A DNA stretch of 49,905 nt from Verrucomicrobiota bacterium (lineage in GTDB: Bacteria > Verrucomicrobiota > Verrucomicrobiia > Limisphaerales > UBA9464): assembly GCA_026397755.1 (NCBI GenBank), contig JAPLUF010000118.1:1-49905 (forward strand), given 5' to 3'. Below the pieces are notes generated by a model, which was given only the letters and a program-made list of their open reading frames with translations, did no database searches and was not told the DNA's origin. The position numbers were made by a program, and so were the translations under genes. Shown here piece by piece: positions 45,601 to 49,905 of this stretch; within the stretch, counting starts at the first letter, position 1, and each line of letters begins with the position of its first letter.

Positions 45601-46308
45601 GACACCGTCGGGCGCGCTCAGGCCGAGATACTCACCGTCGCTCTTGAGTTTAAAATCGGTATGGAGGCGGTTGGTGACGCTGGCTCGGTCTTTGCCGGAA
45701 GCGAACACCACCAGGAAACCCCGGGCCGGAAGAGTGATGTCGGGGAAGGTCCAGGGGCGTGGGTTCGTGGGGTCATCGGTCAGGTGCCATCCCGCCAGTG
45801 AGATGTCTTGGTCGGTGATGTTTTGGAGTTCAATCCAGTCTTCGTAATCGCCCTCTTCGTCCCGAAGGGTCTTTTGGTTGTCCGGGACCACTTCCGAAAA
45901 AATGACTCCACCGGGTCGCGGCGGCGGCAGTAGTTGATACTCGATGGGCTTGGTTCCGGCGAAACGGTTGGGGATGTCCGCCAAATCTCGGATATCGGCG
46001 TCACTGGCCCAAGTGAGCGACGCGGTGCCGAGGGGGAGTTCTGGGAGCGTGAACACGTAGACATCGGCGCTCACAGGTCGGACTGCGGTGGCCGCAAGGC
46101 CGTTGACACGAAGGTCTCCAGCATCGACTCCCTGAACCGCTTCGCTGAAATGCACTTCGACTTGGGAGAGGCTGAAGACAAAGCCGGATTCGGGGAAGAT
46201 CGCCTCGACTGTCGGAGGAACCACTTCGGCGTCGGCCAGACCCCGGGTCGTCAGCAGGCAGAGCAGGGGAAGACCCAGTAAAAGCAGAAATCGGCGGAAG
46301 GAACTCAT
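42700..46308 (-). CDS. Large secreted CotH-kinase-family protein with lamin-tail (LTD), Ig-like and TSP3-like Ca-binding repeats
   Basis: Start trimmed to ATG 46308 (MSSFRRFLLLLGLPLLCLL signal). LTD-like FSEVVPDN...WIELQNITDQDISLAGWHLTDD and SEFIELKNTSGAPLDLTGFRIEG. CotH-like YHILEMLSGNVD...FGPHWDFDRALG. DSDGDGLADLWE, DPDGDGASNREE. Confidence 0.78.
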   Translation of the reverse strand: MSSFRRFLLLLGLPLLCLLTTRGLADAEVVPPTVEAIFPESGFVFSLSQVEVHFSEAVQGVDAGDLRVNGLAATAVRPVSADVYVFTLPELPLGTASLTWASDADIRDLADIPNRFAGTKPIEYQLLPPPRPGGVIFSEVVPDNQKTLRDEEGDYEDWIELQNITDQDISLAGWHLTDDPTNPRPWTFPDITLPARGFLVVFASGKDRASVTNRLHTDFKLKSDGEYLGLSAPDGVTVDAFAPKYPATPANVAYGRANGDTSQSGFLATPTPGAPNSISGVGFAPAVLFSQSGGLIPDPKLNLTLRLSLAQTAPDALIRYSLDGRIPTLTNGFTYTQPLVLVTSNALMLRARAFRTNHLPGPVRTEYYTPLFVSSAGPVQGTNAWGDLLQNVSNPNIQQFRSDLPLLVISTFGKSPNESANTVVALSLFEPKNGVARVIGKPDFTARGGIKIRGSSSAGLAKKQYALQWTDDYNQDLELPALGMPAESEWVLYAPNNFEPVCIHNPFLHQLARDIGEYSPRTRFVEVFINKLGPLTTNQYEGLYVLTEKIGVGGKRIPGPKLQPEDNTLPDITGPYVMKIDRFDPGDTGVTMGGMSVAMINPKEKDLKLAQRTAQKKYLTDYVNGMSRGFQVANRRNPTNSYENYIEMGRAIDYHILEMLSGNVDTMVLSAYFHKPRNQKLIFGPHWDFDRALGSTDGRDSNPRSWTCGPVFAGWYGQLFQDTEAWQRWVDRFQHLRTHQLSVRYTGMLMDRLANQIRLAERRDYQRWKIPRRGGSYQAELDSMKRWVSNRLDFVDRQLAQPPVSSLDSGIVPSGTTFTLSLGPNASTSAAIWYTLDGTDPRAVGTSNRSSSALLYTGPITITGPVRLRARTLDTLRRQTSGPPISTPWSGPVARTFLLSAPPLTLSEIHFHPSDQRGNRSFDPDQSEFIELKNTSGAPLDLTGFRIEGDISFAFNATNGTRILAPNARVVLASDNSTFRSRYGTMVEHLGKYSGQLSDGGGRLKLVDPQGNPVFDFELTDQWVPPADGDGYSMVLRSEALQAFQIDTPSAWVASAQADGSPGQPDQASDVGPGTDSDGDGLADLWELNFFGSLQLHGDADPDGDGASNREEFLAGTLPSDASDHPSLKALPSPFDGNPILRFSRHGARSYRLQFHEALTTDSAQNWRDLMEFPSDSNPSMIEEFRDLTTTNATRIYRVVTP

Positions 46309-46390
46309 CGGGAATGTCCTCAGGCTACCGGCTCCCCTTGCGGTGGCGAACCCAGAGATGGTTTTTTGAGCGGTTTCTTGGAGCGCGTCG

Positions 46391-48502
46391 ATGTCACACC
46401 TCTGGCGTTTGTTCTTGTTCGAAGTTCGAGGTAGAATGATCTCAATGATGGGTTTTGTTCGCTCTGCAATTGGGGTCGCTTGGGTTGGTGGTTGGCTGCT
46501 CAGTGCATGGGGTGGTGCTCCATGGATGGCGGCTGCGCCTTCGCTCCAAGAAGCACCGGCGCCGGCATTGGCCTCGGAGTGGGGCGTGGGTCGATGGGTT
46601 CCCGACCTGGAAATTCGACCGGAATCCGGGTCGCGGTCGTCGCTGTCCAAGCTGACGCGAGATGCGCGTGCGGTGGTGATCGCCGTGACTAGCAGTAGTT
46701 GTCCGGTCTCCGGGCGCTATGGTCCGACACTGGCTGCCCTCGAAAAGGAGTATGCCAGTCGAGGGGTGCGGTTCGTTTGGATCAATCCGGTGCCAACCGA
46801 TTCCAAGGCCTCCGTGCGGCAATGGATCCGGGATCAGGGGCTCCAAGGTCCTTACGTGCGCGACGAGCGGGGAGACATCGCGAAGGCACTGGGCATCCGA
46901 TCGACCGCGGAGGTCTTCGTCTTGGATGCCGCCTGTACGGTTCAATTCCGAGGGGCCGTGGATGATCAGTATGGCCTGGGTTATTCCAAGGCGGCGCCGA
47001 ACCAACGGTATTTAGTGAGCGCCCTCGAGTCGGTTCTCGCTGGAAGAGGAGTCGAAACGGCCTGCACCAGCGTTCCGGGTTGCGCTCTCGAATCGGCAGC
47101 GCCCGTGGCCGTTTCCCAGTCGGTGACTTACCACAACCGGATTTCCCGGATCTTGCAGCAGTCGTGTGTGCCGTGTCACCGAGAGGGGGGTATCGCCCCG
47201 TTCGCGTTGACCACTCCCTCCGAGGTGGCTGCGCATGCAGGCATGATCCGCAAGCAAGTGACTCTAGGGGCCATGCCTCCGTGGTTTGCGGCGTCGCCGA
47301 CTCACGGTCCCAGCCCCTGGCTGAACGACCGAAGTCTCCCTGCTGCCGATAAGGAGGATTTGTTGGCGTGGATGGAGCGGGGCCGGCCTGAAGGGAAAGC
47401 CTCCCACGCTCCCAAACCGCAAACCTATCCCTCCGAATGGCAGTTGGGTGAGCCGGATGCCATCATTCGGCTTCCGGAACCGGTAGACGTGGCCGCTTCG
47501 GGTGTCATGTCGTACATTAATATCGACGTACCTACGGGATTCGACAGCGATCGATGGGTTCAGGGGTGGGAAATTCGCCCCACGGCACGGGATGTCGTCC
47601 ACCATGTCTTGGTTTATGTGTTGCCGCCGGGGAACGACGGGAAACCCCAGAAGAACCGCCGTATCGACGGTACGAGCAGCTACCTCGCCGCCTATGCGCC
47701 GGGCTATCAGGCTGTTTCATATCCGGAGGGGTGGGCCAAATTTATCCCGGCCGGTTCCACGCTGCACTTCCAACTGCATTATACTCCCAAGGGCAAGGCC
47801 ACCCGCGACCAGAGCGCTCTGGGACTCAAGTTCTCCAAGACGCCACCGAAGCATGAGGTGCGTGTCAGCGCCATCGCTGGCGCCGTCGACATTCCGCCCG
47901 GCGACCCCGACTTCGTGGTCGAGGGGAAACTTCCGGTGCCGCAGTCCGCGCGATTAATGTCCTTCATGCCGCACATGCATGTCCGCGGGAAAGCTTACCG
48001 GTATGAGCTCGAATTGCCCGGGAGCGCGCCTAAAACCCTCCTGAATGTTCCTCGTTATGATTTTAACTGGCAGTTGCTCTACCGCTTGTCCGAGCACATC
48101 GACTTGCCGGCCGGCAGTGTCCTCAAGGGCATCGCTCGCTACGACAACAGCGCCGGCAATCCGGCCAATCCCGATCCGACCCGCCGAGTGCAGTGGGGTG
48201 AGCAGACCGATGAGGAGATGATGCTCGGTTACATCGAATATTACTTGCCCGAAGTGCCTCCCGGAACGCCGGTAGATTTGCGTCCTCCCGCGGGCCGTCG
48301 CGGAGGATCTAAGGCCTTTGATTCACTCGATCGAAACCACGATGGCCGGATCACCCCCGACGAATCGCCCTCACCGGAACAGTTCAAGGCGGCCGATGCG
48401 GATGGGAATGGCGAGGTGAGTCGCGAGGAATTGAAGGCCTTCTTGCAGAAGTTGAACCCTCGCCGTGCTGCTGGCTCCAAACCGTCATCGGAAGCACCGT
48501 GA
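46391..48502 (+). CDS. Fusion protein: redoxin/thioredoxin-like, CXXCH haem-binding segment, copper-monooxygenase-like beta-sandwich region and C-terminal EF-hands
   Basis: 703 aa. VIAVTSSSCPVSGRYGP (redoxin-like, CxxS), QQSCVPCHREGGIAPF, HHVLVYV / HMHVRGKAYRY / YDFNWQ, EF-hands DRNHDGRITPDE and DADGNGEVSREE. Start uncertain (46391 or 46436). Confidence 0.62.
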   Translation: MSHLWRLFLFEVRGRMISMMGFVRSAIGVAWVGGWLLSAWGGAPWMAAAPSLQEAPAPALASEWGVGRWVPDLEIRPESGSRSSLSKLTRDARAVVIAVTSSSCPVSGRYGPTLAALEKEYASRGVRFVWINPVPTDSKASVRQWIRDQGLQGPYVRDERGDIAKALGIRSTAEVFVLDAACTVQFRGAVDDQYGLGYSKAAPNQRYLVSALESVLAGRGVETACTSVPGCALESAAPVAVSQSVTYHNRISRILQQSCVPCHREGGIAPFALTTPSEVAAHAGMIRKQVTLGAMPPWFAASPTHGPSPWLNDRSLPAADKEDLLAWMERGRPEGKASHAPKPQTYPSEWQLGEPDAIIRLPEPVDVAASGVMSYINIDVPTGFDSDRWVQGWEIRPTARDVVHHVLVYVLPPGNDGKPQKNRRIDGTSSYLAAYAPGYQAVSYPEGWAKFIPAGSTLHFQLHYTPKGKATRDQSALGLKFSKTPPKHEVRVSAIAGAVDIPPGDPDFVVEGKLPVPQSARLMSFMPHMHVRGKAYRYELELPGSAPKTLLNVPRYDFNWQLLYRLSEHIDLPAGSVLKGIARYDNSAGNPANPDPTRRVQWGEQTDEEMMLGYIEYYLPEVPPGTPVDLRPPAGRRGGSKAFDSLDRNHDGRITPDESPSPEQFKAADADGNGEVSREELKAFLQKLNPRRAAGSKPSSEAP

Positions 48503-48627
48503 GAATGGGCTGACGGGTTGGATGGGTCTTTTGACGATCCTAGCGTTGCGAGTGGGGACTTGCTCCGTCGCTTGCTCTGCGGTTGTTCCCTGATGGAATT
48601 CAGGAAACACTGGTGGCGTTGTTCCCC

Positions 48628-49905
48628 ATGACTGAATCGATGCCACCGCGCCGGGCCTCTGAGTTTCCAAGAGGTGTGACGGCCTGGTTGAACACGGGAG
48701 TGTTTCGTATTTTTCGAAGGGTCGTCCCACTGGCTGGTGCTGTCGCGATGTTGGCCCGGAACGAGGCGGCAGAGCCGGCTGCTTCGGGGTCTCTCTTCAG
48801 CCGAGCCCAGATGCATTGGGCCTTCCAACCGTTGTCGGCATCGGTGCCGGGTCGAGGGTCTGATCGGGCGTCTCCTGAATCCGAGGTGGGCCCCTTGGAC
48901 CGGTTTGTTGCACAGCGCTTGCGAGCTCAGGGATTGTCCCCAAGCCCGCAGGCCGATGCGGCGACCCGTTTGCGGCGGATGGCAATAGTGCTCACCGGAT
49001 TGCCTCCGACTCCGGAAGATCTCCAAGCCTTTATCGCCGACCACAGACCCGAGGCCACGGAGATTTGGTTGGAGCGGTTGCTGGCTTCACCGGCCTATGG
49101 AGAACGTTGGGCCCAGCACTGGCTGGATGCAGCGGGGTATGCTGATTCCAACGGGTACTTCAACGCCGACTCGGATCGCCCCTTGGCCTTCCGTTACCGG
49201 GACTATGTGATCCGGTCGATCAACCAAGACAAACCCTTCGACCGCTGGATTCGGGAGCAATTGGCGGGCGACGAAATGGCGGGGTGGAAACCCGGGGATC
49301 CGGTAACTCCGGAAATTCGGGAGTTGCTGGAAGCGACCCATTTCCTGCGCAACGGTCAGGATGGTACCGGCGAATCGGACGGCAATCCGGATGAGGTCCG
49401 TGTGGATCGCTATTATGCGTTGGAAGCCTGCCAGCAAATCATCGGGTCGAGCTTGCTGGGACTGACGGTCCAGTGTGCCAAGTGCCACGACCACAAGTTC
49501 GAGCCCATCACCCAGAAGGACTATTATGCCTTGCAGGCGTTCTTCTATCCCGCCTTTCCCATCGAGGATTGGGTGAAGCCCAACGACCGGGTCATCGAGG
49601 CACCGCTGAGCGGTGAACACGAGGCCTGGTTGGCGGCCGAGCGTCGCTGGGAACGCGGCGAAGCCCAAGCCCGTGCAGGATTGTCGGGCTGGAAGGTCGA
49701 GCATCAGCCCCCACTCAAACCTCTGTGGGAAGACTCGTTCGACGCCTCGGGATCTCTCGGTGACCGTTGGTCCAACACCGTTCCCGGAGAGGACCAACCC
49801 GCCGGCTCACCGCCTGTGTCTATCGGTGGTTCGGTGGGCCCGGCGGCGCGGGTGAAGGAGGGTGTTCTGCAACTCATCGAAGGTGGCGGGTCTGGGGACC
49901 GTTGG
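48628..49905 (+). CDS. DUF1549/DUF1553 (PSCyt2/PSD1-type) protein, 3'-partial (runs off the window)
   Basis: I translated this by hand in frame 1; it is not in the ORF track because no stop is reached. HWAFQPL, SPAYGERWAQHWLDAAGYADSNGY, QCAKCHDHKFEPITQKDYYALQAFF. Start ATG 48628 or 48640. Confidence 0.8.
   Translation, partial: MTESMPPRRASEFPRGVTAWLNTGVFRIFRRVVPLAGAVAMLARNEAAEPAASGSLFSRAQMHWAFQPLSASVPGRGSDRASPESEVGPLDRFVAQRLRAQGLSPSPQADAATRLRRMAIVLTGLPPTPEDLQAFIADHRPEATEIWLERLLASPAYGERWAQHWLDAAGYADSNGYFNADSDRPLAFRYRDYVIRSINQDKPFDRWIREQLAGDEMAGWKPGDPVTPEIRELLEATHFLRNGQDGTGESDGNPDEVRVDRYYALEACQQIIGSSLLGLTVQCAKCHDHKFEPITQKDYYALQAFFYPAFPIEDWVKPNDRVIEAPLSGEHEAWLAAERRWERGEAQARAGLSGWKVEHQPPLKPLWEDSFDASGSLGDRWSNTVPGEDQPAGSPPVSIGGSVGPAARVKEGVLQLIEGGGSGDRW

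Noticed and set aside
49087-49797. 236-aa minus-strand ORF, and the 48241-49044 minus-strand ORF
   Set aside because: The plus strand in frame 1 encodes a textbook DUF1549/DUF1553 protein (HWAFQPL, QCAKCHDHKF) running off the window. The minus ORFs are shadows, listed only because the true gene has no stop within the window.
1-49905. Global stop-codon reassignment (TGA or TAG read as sense) as the explanation for the two in-frame stops
   Set aside because: TGA is the functional stop at at least six overlapping junctions (ATGA/TTGA) and for many other genes. TAG also terminates ordinary genes, for example the IscS-like gene at 13053-13055. Only site-specific recoding or mutation remains plausible.
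1-49905. CRISPR arrays, rRNA genes, prophage structural modules, integrons
   Set aside because: I saw no regularly spaced repeats of 25-40 nt, no rRNA-like segments, and no capsid, terminase or integrase motifs. The only repeats found are the short ones reported (10540-10573, 21652/21685, 21781-21810).

Overview
High-GC (about 60% by spot counts) chromosomal window. The gene content looks like the PVC superphylum (Verrucomicrobia/Planctomycetes-like): DUF1549/DUF1553, ThuA-DUF1080, PQQ-like beta-propellers, tricorn protease, CotH. That taxonomic call is an inference from families I recognise by eye; no searches were run.

Core genes, in order:
- Asparagine-synthetase-like PP-loop protein, PIG-L deacetylase, infA, gltD, gltB and a solitary nuoA (all minus strand).
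- An Fe-S biogenesis block on the plus strand: Rrf2 regulator, IscU, IscS-like, di-haem cytochrome c peroxidase, Mrp/ApbC.
- MlaE/MlaF and a tricorn-like protease.
- A ThuA-DUF1080 protein.
- A nine-gene, translationally coupled operon at 27.1-38.3 kb: duplicated ModA-like binding protein, ModB, ModC, ThiF/MoeB-like E1, unknown membrane protein, FtsX permease, ABC ATPase, and two PQQ-propeller proteins.
- tRNA-Gly(GCC), a giant CotH/LTD protein, a redoxin-CXXCH-monooxygenase-like-EF-hand fusion, and a 3'-partial DUF1549/DUF1553 gene. That last gene is missing from the supplied ORF track because it runs off the window.

Two sharply AT-rich islands (about 30-40% GC) interrupt this background:
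1. 22.7-25.3 kb holds three orphan genes: a membrane-anchored beta-rich protein plus two tandem 255-aa paralogues. It abuts a decayed ISL3 transposase. This is my best candidate for an undescribed accessory system.
2. 39.4-41.5 kb holds an acyltransferase-3::ankyrin fusion, next to a decayed IS256 transposase and the 3' side of tRNA-Gly.

Three conserved genes carry lesions exactly at catalytic motifs:
- An in-frame TGA replaces the second Cys of the second CXXCH in the peroxidase.
- An in-frame TAG sits inside the ModC Walker A motif.
- The PLP Schiff-base Lys of the IscS-like protein is Arg.

All functional calls rest on motif recognition in the translated ORFs. No CRISPR array, rRNA or prophage structural genes were seen.
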